Positions 14,843-30,037 of a stretch of 64,000 nt of DNA are shown one piece after another. The stretch spans positions 186,001-250,000 of the forward strand of contig NW_021836146.1 of the NCBI RefSeq assembly GCF_006345805.1, given 5' to 3'. This DNA is from Octopus sinensis. Lineage: Eukaryota. Every line of letters starts with the position of its first letter. Position 1 is the stretch's first letter. Below the pieces are notes generated by a model. It saw nothing but the letters and a program-made list of their open reading frames with translations. It did not search any database and was not told the origin of the DNA. Position numbers and translations under genes: made by a program.

Positions 14843-15060
14843 TTGTCTTGTGTGGGGCATTCTCCGTCTGGGTTGCGGATCAGTGGAATAAGCTGCCGGA
14901 TGAGATAGTGAAGATGCCGACGACCGCTCGGTTTAAAGTCTCCCTTGACCACAAATGGCCTGAACTCTTTGCATGAACACCACCCTGTACATAACTCCAT
15001 GTCCCTCTACATGGCCTTGCTTTTTGCTTTTTGAGCCAAAAAATTAACTTAACTTAGCAT
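14843..15060 (+). mobile_element. CR1/L2-clade LINE 3' end fragment
   Basis: GAFSVWVADQWNKLPDEIVKMPTTARFKVSLD* matches the FS.RV..WN.LP..V.....FK..LD C-terminal motif, followed by a 3' UTR-like tail. Confidence 0.75.
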
Positions 15061-17178
15061 AAGTCCCTCTTTTTAAAAGAGTACAAAATTTATATTGAAA
15101 AGTAATATAAAATAGCTGATACTAAGAAAGTTACTGCAATCTTTACTGCAGCTCTGATGCATGAAATGTTAAGACATTCATTATGTGAACATTTTTGAAA
15201 GCTTTGCTGTATACCTACACTATCCTGATGGGTAAATATTTTTCAAAGAAAATATATTTAAAACATGATGGAATGAAAACTGGACTTTGTAATAGATATT
15301 AACAAAGATACTTATAAAGACAACACAGATAATGTATCAAGGCTAGCAACAATGCAAATGACACAAGGGATTGGTGGTAAAAGAAATAAGAGTCAAGAGA
15401 ATACTGAATATAGTGACGGTGGTGTCAAAGCAAATATTGATAATGACAAAGCCTATAACATTGATATTGATAAAAATGGCGCTGACTTTTCCTGCCATTG
15501 CTTCATTGCCATTCTCAGCATCAAACTCCAGAACAAAATATATGGTATGCATCATTTTAAATATACTTAACATGGACTTTTACAATGTCCACTCAGTCGG
15601 TTACTCATGTTTTCACATGTATGAAAATCAATAACAATGCTGAATGTTATTGCTCAATCCTCATTAATATTTCAGTTGTTTCATAGTTATATATAAATAT
15701 ATCTACCTTATGTACAGATATGTCAGTCAAGCATCAATGGCATAAATCCCAGAAGCCAAGATGTTAAATAACTTCAGACCACCTGCCCTAGTATGATATT
15801 TATTTTACTTCATCATCATCATCGTTTAACATCCTTTTTCCATGCTAGCATGGGTTGGACGGTTCAACTGGGATCTGGGAAGCCAGAAGGCTGCACCAGG
15901 CCCCAGTCTGATCTGGCAGTGTTTCTACAGCTGGATGCCCTTCCTAACGCCAGAATTTTTGAAATTAGTGGTGAAATTTTCTCAGGAGATTGTCAATTAT
16001 ATATTTTTCAATGGCACAATCACTGACCTTTCAAATGTACTAAGATGGATTTCTAAGCATGATGGGTTTATGCAAGAATGTAGGACTTTAACCCTTTAGC
16101 ATTCAAACTGACCATATCCAGCCATAATATTCTGCCTCTTTTATATTCAAATTGGCCAAATCCAATATTTCACATCTAATCTATAATGTCACAATAAAAA
16201 TTAAAACAATTGCATCATTGAAATCTTGAAACCACTAGATAATCCACGATTAATTCAAGACAATGTGAATAAATAAGCATTACATTTGACAGAGTAACCT
16301 GAATGCTAAAGGGTTCAAGATATTGTCCAAAAATTTAAGTAAAGATTTATTGAAATGAAAATTTAGTGGTTGTAAAAATAATTTTTTAATATCCTAAACC
16401 TTTTCAGCTTATAAATTTTGTATGAATCAAAACAAAAATATAATTTTAATACAAAAACTTATATTTGAAATATAAAGCACAATAAGCCCCATGATTTAAA
16501 TGTAGACCTGTTTCTCAGAACTACAAGAGAAGTTTATTGCCAAATTTGTTAAAATTATTGTCTACACTCAAAATTAAGTAACAATCTATAATAATAAATG
16601 CAAAATTGTGTCTGTCCATCTGGGACCTTGGTCTATATTTGCTCTACATAGACATAATGTACCTTTTTGGAATCAGGATGATCCTGGGATGGAAAATCTG
16701 CCCTTCATTTGGTTCTTGAACCTCCAGCAGTGGAATCAGGTCTAACTGAGTATTTGTTATACGCTAACAGTTGAAAATTCAAATTTTAAAAGAACTCCCA
16801 AAATTTAAACTGAATTTGAAGTAATGCCATATTGGTAGAGCAATGCCATATTGCTAGGGCACCAATAAATGCTCTATTATCATTGCACTCTATAGTTTTG
16901 AGCTGCAGGCCCAATTAGCCCTCTACAAGAGCTAGCTTGAAAGCCCATATGGAGTTTGGTTTTCAAGTTAGTCTATAATAAAATCAAAATCATTTAAAAA
17001 TAGTTTCATTAATTTGGGAACTTAGTAATTGATTGTTTGACAATATTAATGAAATATGAGATGAAATATTTCAGTTTCAAATATACAGATTATGTCAAGG
17101 AATAAATGATTATCTAATGAACATCACTTGCTTACTGCTGTTTCTGTTATAAGATGCTGTGGAGTCATAGCTGAGTAC

Positions 17179-17275
17179 CTGAGTAACACCTTATAGCTTC
17201 ATCAGAGCTTTGGATATCGAGGCACTCGACTCTATTACATTTCATACCAGAAACAGCTGTAAGCTGGTGAAGTTC
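17179..17275 (-). CDS. Candidate exon (ELHQLTAVSGMKCNRVECLDIQSSDEAIRCYS)
   Basis: gattatcttag|G acceptor and CAG|gtactc donor; only one frame is open over 97 nt. Confidence 0.35.
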
Positions 17276-19487
17276 CTAAGATAATCAGTTATTCTTTTGT
17301 CATCTCATTTTCTTATTAGTGTTCTGCACTTGACTAAAACTTCATTCTGAAACATATGCATATTGAATTCTACACCAGGTTATTAATCTCACAATACTAA
17401 ATCAAAATACTATTAACGCAAACTCCACAGAGTAAAATTTAATTGAAACCATCATACTCATGATGGTCTGAATCAAATGGAACTGGTTGGAAATGCTCTT
17501 AAAGTAGTTCTTAGTCCAATAAGAGCAATGCATCAAAGGTTTATTCATTATCCATTATGCCTTTCACATCAATTTGGATGAGAGAAAAAGAAAGAGACAT
17601 ATTTGTAACAATCTACTGAAATGTAAAGAATGTTCATAAACCGAAAAACAAAAAAACTTGAAAATCAGTTAAATATTCTGTTGTCTTTACAGTAATAATA
17701 AAAGTACTATAACAAATATTACTATGACAACCAGTGTTGGTGTGCTTATGTCCCCTTAAAGTAGCAGCTCAGCAAAAGAGACCAATAGAATAAGTGATAG
17801 GCTTTTAAATAATAAGCACTGGATTCGACAAATTTGACTAAGAATTCTTCAAGTTGGTGCCCCTGTGTTGCCACAGACTAATATATCTGTATGACAGCAT
17901 AATAAAAGGCTTCCCCTCAATAACACAACTCAGTTACTTAAATTTAGTTTAACATACAATAAACAAATGGTACGACATACAAGGAAAGCAAGCTAAACCT
18001 ACACAAAGAATAAAATTCAGTTAAGTTCCTGACATTCATGTTTCTAAATCTATTCATTTAAAATTAGAACAATTAGTGCAGGAATTTTAGGAAAAAGAAA
18101 TTAAAGTATTTTTATTTTTAATACCTTAGTTCTAAATCAATCCATAAATAATATCCAATATCATTTGTAAAAGATCAGGTGTCAAAGTTGTAGATTAATA
18201 GCAGGAAGTTGAAACTAAGTAGGAATTCTAAAGCAATGCAAGATATAATCAAGTATTCAGTCCATTGATCAACATCTTAGCATTTCTAAATGAACATAAA
18301 TTCAATCATGTAGCAAGAAACAGCATCTAATAATCCAATGATTGTATGTTAATACTTTTGTACTGGAAAATAACCTAGTCTACACATAGTAATGAATACA
18401 AGAGCAAGCTAATTTCTCATATCTGGTACAGAATAAAATGAAATGATTAGAAACAAGTACACAGATCAAGGATACAATACCAGTAGATGTATAGAAACAA
18501 TCCAAGTGCCAAACCTGTGCAGCATGGATCTTCATATTCAAAGTTTTCAAAGTCTATTAGTGAATTTATTTTCAATTTTATATCGGTAAGAAATCAACAA
18601 CTTTATTACTTGAGAGGGTAATAAAGTAAACCACTGGTGTTAAAAATAATTTAAAACATAACACTGCAAAATATAACCTATGAGTTATTAACAAGTCATT
18701 AACAGCTTAAAAATTAATTCTGCTGATAATTTACTCATAGATAGCTACTGTTAACTGATTTTCCAGTTTCTTACAACTCCAAAGAGATAACACAAAATCT
18801 ATTATAATAATTAAGATGCCATAGCAGAATACTGGTGATGCGCTCCTAAGAAAAATGATTTATTATTTTGTAGTTGGACATAAAAAAAAAATCAAGTTAG
18901 GTCAGCCATATTTTAGAATATAAGATTAGTTAGCATGTTTGATAGGACCCACTCACCTCTTTCAATTAATGTTCTTTTGCTGGAGGACAATAAAATATTT
19001 ATGAATAACAAAACATTTTTACTTCAATCTGAAACTATATTAACTATTTTGAATTTATGTTACATTATTTTCTTCCTACATGGTAAAGAAATACTAGGAA
19101 GCTACTTTTAATAAAGTGTATTGTAATCATATAAACTCCATCATAAATTTCCTTCTTCTGTTTAAATGTGACAATATGATAAGAAATACTTTCTCAGAAA
19201 ATTGTTTCATTATTTTTATATCCACTTCACACAATATGATTATGAGTTACTAAACTTGAATAATAAAAACTGAACAAAAAATTATATCTTTAAAAATTTT
19301 TTTTTTATCTGAAAGCTCTTGTATGTTTGATAATAAAGCATTGTTCATAATTATATTTGATCAAGCTTTGACAAGTGTGAGGTAAAAAGCTATTATAGCA
19401 ATTGAGTGAATTATCAACCTGTCTTCAAACACAAATAAACTTTGCAACACATTGAAAACTCTTCCATTTGTGTGTATATGTTTGTGC

Positions 19488-19529
<42 letters not shown>

Positions 19530-21639
19530 GCATTATGCTGTAATTTCTCTTTTGGCGTGGTCTCTATGAATGGATGTTAATCTTAATGCCAACCACTTTA
19601 CAGTGTGTACTAAATGCTATTTTCATGGCACCAACACTAGTGAGGTTGCCATGCAGCTTGCAAGACTAAGATTCCCTTCAACTAAGTGGAGATTTTGGTA
19701 GAGAGGGAAGCAACTCTATGGTGAGAGAAGAAGCCAGAGGAGAACAGCTTTCTTGCAAAGGAGACCAGTTGACCAAATATATATCTAAATTTGACATGCA
19801 CAATTCCTTCTTGTCTTGGGATTCACGGTCAAATGGCCAGGTAGAATTGTGCGAAAAATTACACGGATGTATAGAATGATCTGGTGATGATGCTGGGCTT
19901 TGTATTTTTTCATAGCTCCCATGGTTACCAAGATAATCTACTGTAATATTACTCTTGTGTTTATGAATGAGTGGGATGGTTCATCTTTGTTCGCTTAGTA
20001 TTTTGGTTTATTTTTTGATTTGGTTGAATCTTGGTTTTTATTTGGGTTTTTTTTTATGGTTAGTTATTTTTAGTGTTTTGACAGAAAAAAGTCATTCTAA
20101 AATTGTCTTTTAACGTAAGTGTGCCCAAACAAGTCTAATGCTTACACAGAGCAGGTTTTACAGCTACATCATCCAAACCGACCTGGTGAAACTGGGCTTA
20201 GCTGCTAGTATATACATAAACATTATGTTTCCAATATCTTAGTTTCACTAAGGTCATCTTCAGAACTACATATTTCCATTTGTCATCTCCATGAAAGTAA
20301 GATCCTGATATCAGCCAGCACCACTTTGCTCCAGGTCTTCCTGAGTTTCCTTCAACTGGATCAGTATTTCTTTTATTCAATTGTTTTCATCCATAAGTAT
20401 CGCATATCCATACCAATGCAGACTTGTTTCTTGCTGACTACATCAAATTTCTCTTACACCCAGTTTTTCGCTCACCATATTTCTTTTTTGACATCCATGC
20501 ATAGTTACACTGTACATCCCACAAAGCATGCTAGCTTTATTTCCTTTCAGTTTTCTCAGTTTCTCTGTATTCAAAGTTTATGTCTCACTACTAAGCACTA
20601 TCAGAATTCTATACATAAATTCTATACATAAATATTTTACATTAATGTTAGCAACATTAATTGGAACAGATCATGAGTAGGTCTTACTACTAATGATGAC
20701 TAATCTTATATTCTGAAATGTGGCCTACCTAATTTGTTTTTTAATGTCCAACTACAAAATAGTAAGTTATTTTGCCTAATTCTATACATAAATATTTTAC
20801 ATTTACATTGATATATATTTATATGCACATACATACACATACTTATATACATATATACACATATATACATCATACACACATATATACACATATACATATA
20901 CATATATACATCATACACACATCACACATAAATACATAGGTGTATAGGTGGGGTATATACACACGATATGCTTCTTTATTTATTATCTACTAATTTTACT
21001 CACAAGGTATTAGTCAACCTGCTGCTATAGTATAGGTTAAAACTGTATTACAGAATGCCATGCTAAAGTGATGGCACCAAACTATGGCTACAGAGCTGCA
21101 CTTGCTACTGTAGTGAGAGAACACAATAAAGAAAAAGACCTCTGAAGAAGAACAACAGCAATAATGAAAACAATAATATTTCTAAGGAAGGATTAATAAA
21201 CACCAATCCCTACCTACTGAACAAAATAGACAGTAGATACAAATGTTATGCTACAGCCATAAATAATCTCATATATAAGAAGATTTAAAGACTTAAGGAA
21301 GAAACTATTGTCTAAGGGGCCTGCTCTTTACAAGTATGTAATAAAACAATGTGCAAAAGGTCATACAGAAAGGAAGAAAGGTTATAAAGACACATAATGT
21401 ATGGTTAGATGAATACATTGAAATTAAGGAATTGAAATAGAGCAAGGTGACTAATAAATATGTCAGAATGCAACACTCAAGCATGAATAACAAAATCAGA
21501 TACGGTACTATCTTAGCATTCAGATAATATTTAGAAAGGAGGCGAGTATCACACAGTTATCAAACTACTGAAATATACATTGTTATATACATACAGCCTC
21601 CTAAGGTTATGATTTTTTTTTTTTTTTTAATGAAATAAT

Positions 21640-21935
21640 ACATGGACACATTGAAGCTCAGACATCTGGCAACTGACCTGGTAGACACCCACAAGATTAT
21701 CCACCCTCTTTCCAACAACCTTGGGCACCTTTTTGAATTCCATATGTCAAACACTCATGGACATACTCACAAAATCAAAATACAACACAGCACCCATGAC
21801 CTTCGGAAACATATTTTCATGCTCAGAATTCTTGAAGCATAGAATGAACTACTCGCATAAGTCGTTAGCTGTCAAGACATTACATCCTTCAAAACTTACA
21901 GGCTTCCTGAAATCCACCAACAGTACACCTGATGC
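21640..21935 (+). mobile_element. CR1-clade LINE 3' fragment, degenerate
   Basis: MDTLKLRHLATDLVDTHKII...NTHGHTHKIK..HSTHDLRKHIF.LRILEA resembles the L.TLE.RR...DL...YKI / TRGH..K / RK.FF motifs. Confidence 0.7.
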
Positions 21936-23840
21936 CTTTTTTTTCTTAGTTGTAGTGCACCTGAGCACTATATACAACTATTTCTTTCATATAAGTGAAA
22001 TTAATATATCTGTATTAGTAATAAGTTGTATCTTTAATGTTGGAGATGAAGATTACCTTTTGGTATTAATACTGTTTTACTCACAATTAATTACTTTTTA
22101 ATAAGTCCACTGACTATTTGCAACACCAGTGCCTGAATAGACAGTGAGATTCTATATAATGTTGACAAGAAATGTAGCTGTTATTGTGCTGCAAGACATC
22201 TGTCACTAAGGAACCAATAGTAGAGTGAAATCATGTGTTCTGGCAGTTCCAAGCAACTATAGCAAACAATTCTAGTCTATCAACAATATAATTTTGAGTA
22301 TTTTTATGCACCATAAATCCTTAAGAGATATTCTCTTAAGATAAATGATGCAGCATCCTCTGTTCTAACATATCCTCCATGTTATGATGGGGGTCAAAAT
22401 TACCATTTAGTATCAATATTGTTTCTGTCAATATTAATTATGATTTGATATAAAAAAGAATTATGACACTACTATGCATACACCACTCAACAGTTGAAAT
22501 AGTTGTATTTATCCTATACAAGTAGAAAAGTTATAATTAGAAAACTGATATATAAAAATGTATAGAAATATATAGCAAAAATATAATAGAATAAAGTAAA
22601 TAGATAAGAAAAAGGTGAAATGAACCTTTTTATTATCACAGAGTCTAAATAGCATAAATCCCTCTAACATAAGACAAATTTATTGGAAAAAAAAAAAAAT
22701 CAATGAACAATGCATAAAATGTCACAAAATACCCTTAAATAGTACTTCATTAATCCTAAAAGACAGTAGAAACCTGTGAAAATCAGATTATTGGATCCAG
22801 GTTATAAAACGATTTTTTTGATAACTATAGACTAAGTGGATAGCACAATAAGCATTAACTCATCTGTTTCAAGATTTGCAACCTTATCAAATACCAAATA
22901 TATCATTAGGATAATTACGAAGACTAGTCTATCTACAGAAAGTCATCACTTTAAAAATCATATACGATACAGATATAAATGAAGATAAGGAATGGAAATG
23001 TTATGGTAAGTTTTCACAAATGGTTTCTAGATTCCATATAATGCTATTTTTAATCAGTATGTCCTTTCCAATGTATTATTTTTTGATGAGTTCTATTATT
23101 TATTTACAGCTTCTATGCAATTATCGTAATTCTAAAATTACATATTAATGCTACTTGAAGGCAGAATATGCTAAACACACTTATTCTAGTAACACATAGA
23201 TATTATCTGAAATTTCTAACTACTGTAGTCAATATAAAGAATACTGATATCCACGCAAATATTAAATAAAAAATAAAACAAGAGCAGCTTAGATAAGTAG
23301 GAATTTAAAACTTAAATTAATGACTACAAGAAAAAATATGGTTTTTGGAAAAAATGAGTGTAATTATGAAACAATTAGAACACACAGACATGATTCCTTT
23401 AATGTTTGGAGATTAGTATAAAGACTAATCATGATTCCCAGGGGTATATTTGTTTATAAGATTATTGTAATAATGGCTCCAGTGTTTTCTTGCATTCATA
23501 TATGTGCATTCAATAATCATCTTTCAGTTTCCTTCTACCAAATCTTTCGTTTGTCACAAGCTATTATAGTGGACAAATTTTCAAGGTGCCACATAGTGGG
23601 ATTGAACCTGAAACCATGTGAATAGGAAGTAAACTTCTTAAACCATAGGATCATACCTGCTCCTAAATATATATATGTTTACAGGTGTTGTGTCCCTTTA
23701 TGTCAAATACATAATACTGCTATTCAACAAAAACACATCTATAAAATAACTAATGGGAGAAACAATTAACCAAACAGCTTGAAATTAATACCCCAGAATG
23801 GCCACAGTCAATCATGGACTGGAGTGAGCACATTGAAATA

Positions 23841-24223
23841 TCTTTATATATAAAAGTGAAGTTGTGTCTGTCTCCTACGATTTAGATTCCTAACTACTCC
23901 CACATTTTGCAGTGTAACCAAAAGTGGGTATCTTATAGTCGTGATTCATATCAAGCCCTTCTTAGCGCGCATCTACGATGAGTCTACGATTTAAAAAAAA
24001 ATTTACTATAATTTTTTTCCCATTTTGAATGCATTTTTTTGCTATTATATAAGGGAGGTAACTCTCTAAAAATGTATTATTAAATCTCAGAACGTAAAAA
24101 GCTACAGTAACACCCCCCTTTGTGGTTAGCCATATTGAGATGGCTATTATACTTTACATCCCTAAAAATGCTTATATAGTTATTTCCCTTACAAACCCGA
24201 GCAACGCCGGGCGATACTGCTAG
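23841..24223 (+). mobile_element. Non-autonomous Helitron, copy 1
   Basis: A|TCTTTATATATAAAAG...CCCGAGCAACGCCGGG hairpin...CTAG|T; inserted between A and T with no TSD. Confidence 0.85.
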
Positions 24224-26041
24224 TGATTAATACAATTATTTTTAAATCAACACAATCAGGTATTTGTTCTTTTAGTTAAAATATATAAATGCTTTTTATT
24301 TCTTTCAATTTATCTTGATAAATGCTTTTGTTTTATGAATAGTCTTCTTAATGGTTTCTGGTTTCATGGTTCAGACTTTGCTTGATACTTGGGGAGTTAA
24401 ATTTCAAAACTCATAGAATTTCAAGCTTAATAAATAATTTCAACATGTACTCTCTTCCATCTATTGAGGCTATGATAGTATACATCCAAGGGGCTAAACA
24501 GAGAGAACAAATGAGGGATGCTTGAAATGCAAAACTCATAAATACATAGCTACGCTTGCATCCATAATAACATGAAACACACACATACATATCATCATCA
24601 TCATTTAACATCTGCTTTCCATGCTGCCATAGGTTGGATGGTTTGACAGGAGCTGGCTAGACAGAAGACTGCACCAGGCTTCACTGTCTGTTTTGGCATG
24701 GTTTTTAAGGCTGGATGCCCTTCCTAACACCAACCACCAAATTTTAGCATGAGGACAGCAATTTTAGGGCAGGAGGTAATTTGAGGCTCAACTGGTACTT
24801 TTTATCAATCTCAAAAGGATAAAAGGCAAAGTTGACCTTGGTGGTATTTGAACTCACATTGTGAAGATGGACGAAATGTCACTATGCATATGCAGGTGTG
24901 CATGCATACATAAATGCTAAGTGACAATCTGGATAAGCTAGGGTTTTCTGAAAAAGAAATCAACCAACTAACTTGTACATTACAAATACAATCTTTAAGT
25001 AGAACAGTAACAATATGCAGGACTTTTCTCCAGTTTAAAATGTGAAATTGTTTTTCTTATCTACATTCCCAAGACGGATTTTTGTATCTTTGTTAGAAAA
25101 CAACTCCTTCATCAGAGAAAGAAAATATATAATCAAAAACAGAAGAGAACATACATACACACACCACATACATCCTAGATTAAAAAGAGGAAGTGTACAT
25201 GTATCAAATGAGCATAGGCATGCTTTTGCAGTTATGAAGTTCACTTCAGAACTACATCGTTTAGGGTAGAACACAGTGATATGGGTCCTAGTGGAGAATC
25301 CATAACCACTCCATCTCATTAGATGTATAGTGTACCTTGTGATTAGCTCAAGCACACTTTACTTCTTATGCAAAATTCTTCTCAAAGGTAGGTAACATGC
25401 ACAAAAGTTTCTCATGAAAGAACTCAAGACCTCATTCAAAACAGCTATTTTCTCACCTTCTATATGGCTTAATTGAAATGCCAGAAATTAATGATGTCAC
25501 ATTTCAGAATGAAAACATTATTCAATTATAGAGTTTCTTGCAGGCAAATTTTGGCAAAAATTACAGTATCAAGTTGTAAGATATTAAAGTGACTAGTTTA
25601 TCAACTGCAAAACAAGATTTTTTTAAAAATTCAATTTAGAATGTTTTGTATTTTTGTAGTTATCTTCTTTAAAAATTAGGCATGTGACCCTCGCGGTACA
25701 ATAATGACATCAACAAATATAAAGCTCATTCTAATTTAACACTGAAACTTACATTTTTCATAGTTTAAAAGAAAAAAAAAATTTTAAAGGGAGAAAAACG
25801 ATATCTTGAACAACTCAAAATTAGCAACTAAAAAAAGATAAGAAAAATGCATTGCAATTTTAAAACAATACAAAACAAATGGAATAATAATAAATATAAT
25901 TCAACTACACCCATTGAAAATTTTAGAGTTGTTATTAAGGATGTAACTAAAATTAGCTTTTCTCTAAATGAGGTATAATTACACTGAAGGTGTGCCTGCA
26001 ATTACTTTACCAATATTTTTGCGACAAAAGTCATTCGTTAC

Positions 26042-26103
26042 CTTAATGAGCAACAGCAGGCAAACAGCCATTGTTTGAATATTTGTAGTATGTGCAGAGA
26101 TAC
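26042..26103 (-). CDS. Candidate exon (VSLHILQIFKQWLFACCCSL or ISAHTTNIQTMAVCLLLLIK)
   Basis: Strong donor AAG|gtaacg and acceptor gtgtag|G; 62 nt with two open frames, so the frame is unresolved. Confidence 0.35.
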
Positions 26104-26141
26104 CTACACATGCACATATATGCACATTTTTCATCTGCACC

Positions 26142-26196
<55 letters not shown>

Positions 26197-27547
26197 ATAT
26201 GTATGCATGTATGTATGTATGTATTTGACTATGTAGAAGTTAAGGAGTGTAGAAGTATAATGAAATACGAACTTCCATTAGAGTAATATTAGTGTATACA
26301 GAATTGATATTCTCATGCATGCCAATCAACATCTCTTGCTATCTATAACAGTAAATAACTAATTCATCAAAATTTTTAAAGAAGGAACATTAAATGAAAG
26401 CAATCAATTTGAATTTGAGCAAGAAGAATAAAAGAGTAAAAGGCATTCCACTTTTGTGTGTACATCTAAGAAATAATACTTTTAAAGCAGATGAGCGGTG
26501 TATCTTTGTGTGTGTGTGAGGAAGAGAGAGAGTGTATGCATATGTGTGTGTGTGTGTGTATCTCTGTGTGCTTGCATGTGTATCTATATGTCAGTAAATG
26601 TGTCTATGTTTTGATGCGAAAACAGCCTTTTATGCTTGTAAATTCCATGAGTTAAAGTGACTGATGCCAAGTAATTTTGTAATAAAGTGTTCAATGAATA
26701 AACTAATTAAAGAAAGACTAGATTGCACACATTGACCTACTTATTTGAACTGAAGAAAAAGGAAGCAAAGAAGAAGCCCCTGTATTGTTGCAGACTTGCT
26801 AGAAATAATAGTCAAGTATTCCTAAGAACACACCCTATTATTTTCTTTTAGAAAAAAAAAAATAAGGACACTTTGGATGATATAGTTCTAAATATACTAC
26901 TTCTGAAAATAAAACAAGATGGTCATGATTGAACTATCTTTAGTTATAACTCTACTTGATCAAAGCTGATATAGGGCTAGAAACCACTGAAGACAAATAC
27001 ACAGATGTTGTTTTAGAAAATAACCTCATAACACAAAACCCTGATTAAAAACCTTAATGTGCAATTCAAACCCTTTGTTTACAACTCAAAAACCCGAGCA
27101 AATATTTCTAAACTGATAAACTGTTAAAGGTGAACCATCTACTTCATTAAAATCTTTCACATTAACAAAAGGAAAGATAGTAATTCCACAATATGAAATA
27201 TACGTAAAACAAGAAGACAAAAACTAAACTCATTCCTACATGTGGATCTTTACTTTGAGGGGGGAAAGGTGGGTGGGGTTATTAATTTATTTATTTAGTT
27301 TGTAAGTTAGTTATCTATTTAGTTATTTTCTGTTTTAATCTAAAACAAAATTACAGAGCCTTAGTCTGATAGGAGGAAGGCATTTCCAGTCTGAAGATTA
27401 TAGATATGAATGCTTAACACAGAATGTACTATTCTAAAAGCACTCAAGAGACAGGTGATAATGTTAAACCAGACGAACAATTAAGTCTAGAACCTAACAA
27501 AAAAAGAAAAGAAAAAGTAAAAATCATTCTACTATTGACTAATAGTA

Positions 27548-27989
27548 CTACTACTACTATGGCAATCTCTCAAGGTTGAGGATGATGGTCTTCGCGCAAA
27601 TTTATTGGTGAGTCTGCAGGTGACTGATAAGACCAATTCTTGCTCGAAAAGATCGGTCACAGGGCGGACATCTAGTGCTGGAAGGGAGAGTCGCACGTGG
27701 CTGTTGTTGGCGCTCCTTCCGTCGTCGTCTTTTCTCCTCCAGCTCTGCAGACCTTTTCGACTCGAAATTCGCCGTTCCTTCATGGATGGTGGTTTTCCAG
27801 AGTGGTCTGTTTTTTGCCGTTTCCTCCCAGTTGGTGAAGTCAATGTCACACTTTTTGAGGTTCGATTTCAGAGAGTCCTTGTAGCGTTTCTTCTGGCCTC
27901 CTTTTGTACGCTTGTAGACCTCAGTGATGAAATCCAACACCGTCTGAAGTGTGCAGGAACAGCTTTTGGCAAGCTTCAAACAAGAGTTT
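27548..27989 (-). mobile_element. RTE-clade LINE, 5'-truncated, with an inverted 5' segment and 13-bp TSD
   Basis: Minus strand: KRTKGGQKKRYKDSLK...CPPCDRSFRARIGLISHLQTH then an (AGT)n tail. Plus strand 27914-27989: VDLSDEIQHRLKCAGTAFGKLQTRVF, an upstream RTE region. TTGACTAATAGTA at 27535-27547 and 27990-28002. Confidence 0.9.
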
Positions 27990-29606
27990 TTGACTAATAG
28001 TAATATTACAGCTAATATAATTTTTAAAAACCAGCTGAACAGTGTACTCATAAGAATTTATATAAGTCAGTGTATGCATATAAGTTGTATATACATGTTT
28101 GATATGAAAACCACTTTGTATGTGAGTAAAAAAAAAAAGAGAAGAATGCTTATCTTACATTAGCTTTTTGTGGGGGTAGGGTGGTTGTTGTTAAGCAGCA
28201 AAATAAGGACAAAGCTCTTAGGGCCTGCAGACCAATGAAATTGAATTTCTGCTCAGTTTGAATCTGGAAGGCCAATATTTGTGAAGAAAACATAGCTATG
28301 GAAGGTATTTGAGAAGATTGCATTCAAAGAGGTGGGTGAGTTGGTTTTTCTACTATGATACTGAAGATTAGATAGGATGCAGTGTTATAAGTGTGTTTTC
28401 ATGTTTGTCTTAGTATTGATGAATGAAACTAATTTATCACATTCCTATTGCAGAATATTTTCTGAGCCTCCATTTATAGACATTAACCATATTTGGTAGG
28501 AAGCATGTCAACTGCAAGAAAATTATGACTATGCAAGAAGTTAAGGAGTAAACGTGTTATCATATGCACAGAAGTTTGGATAGTTGAAGGTAACAGCAAA
28601 CAGTTGTTGCTATACCCAAGATGTATAGAAATTGTAATTTTGGTTAAAAGAACAAGGACCAGAGTAATGAAACAATGTGAAAAGAAAGCCCAAATACAAA
28701 ACATGAGAAAGATTAAAGTCTGTAGGTAGACAGCTTTGCTACAAGTTTTTCATGGTAGTTATGGTTAAATGTTTGAATTCATGTGAAAAGCAACGTATGT
28801 ACTTTCATCTAAGTTTTCAAGAGTAACAGACCAATTTGTATAATGGGAGAATAGAGACATCAAATGTTTTCTGGCTGCATGTAGACTAAGGTGGCAATAA
28901 CTGAGAATTGAGTGGAAATGAAGCTTGTAAAGATAAACATTTAAGACTATCTTCAACAACTATATAAGTGATTATACTTATGTATAATACATGAATTATG
29001 TTTGGAAAACATTCTTAAAAGTAAATTCATTCATAAATTATATTTTGCATAAAGTCAGAAATATGTTTTATTATAGATTTTGATGGGAGAAAACCCCAAA
29101 TTTTTACATTGCAACTTCTCTCAAAAACTATCTGTAAATTGTTTTAAGAAGTTCCAGTTTTTCAAAGTGTTTTCTAGTCACACACACAATAATATCAGTC
29201 TCCCAAAACCCTCATTGCTTGGATGACTTGAGAAATGATTAAATGATTTTATATAAAAAAAAAAATACTAATGACAATAATAATAAAATTAACAACAATG
29301 ATGATGATGATAACTTCATATTTTTCTCTCTGAATAATCCTAGAGCATTTTGCCGAATCCTATAAAATCATATTGTAAAATCAAAGCTTTAATAATATTA
29401 ATCTTGATTTTAATCATTATCACTTTTACATCCACTTTTTTCATGCTAGCATGGGTTGGATGAATCTTCTTAAAGCTATATTTTACAATCAGATACCTTT
29501 TCTGATGCTAATCTTTGTTTTCAAACAAGATATATCACTCCACATCTTTGCAGCTCATACAACAATATGATTATTTCATTTGATACACATTTTCCCTCAC
29601 CTATAT

Positions 29607-29833
29607 CTCTCTTTTACTTGTTTCAGTCACTTGACTGCGGCCATGCTGGAGCACCGCCTTTTAATCAAGCAACTCGACCCCGGGTCTTATTCTTTTGTAA
29701 GCCCAGTACTTATTCTATCGGTCTCAGTACAGTACTTATTCTATCGCTAAGTAACGGGGACATAAACACACCAGCATCGGTTGTCAAGCAATGCTAGAGG
29801 GACAAACACAGATACACAAACACACATATATAT

Positions 29834-29865
<32 letters not shown>

Positions 29866-30037
29866 CATATATACAACAGGCTTCTTTCAGTTTCCGTCTA
29901 CCAAATCCACTCACAAGGCTTTGGTCGGCCCGAGGCTATAGTAGAAGACACTTGCCCAAGGTGCCACGCAGTGGGACTGAACCCAGAACCATGTGGTTGG
30001 CAGAGAAGCTACTTACCACACAGCCACTCCTGCGCCT
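29607..30037 (-). mobile_element. SINE family A, full length
   Basis: Reverse complement of the 1260-1660 element. Confidence 0.9.

Noticed and set aside
15343-15634. Three overlapping ORFs with a plus-strand donor-like site
   Set aside because: Looks like a decayed GAT/AAT repeat; no recognisable domain and no consistent strand.
25270-25330. DGVVMDSPLGP resembling the Penelope RT motif GVAMGSPLGP
   Set aside because: Single short motif with no supporting flanking similarity.
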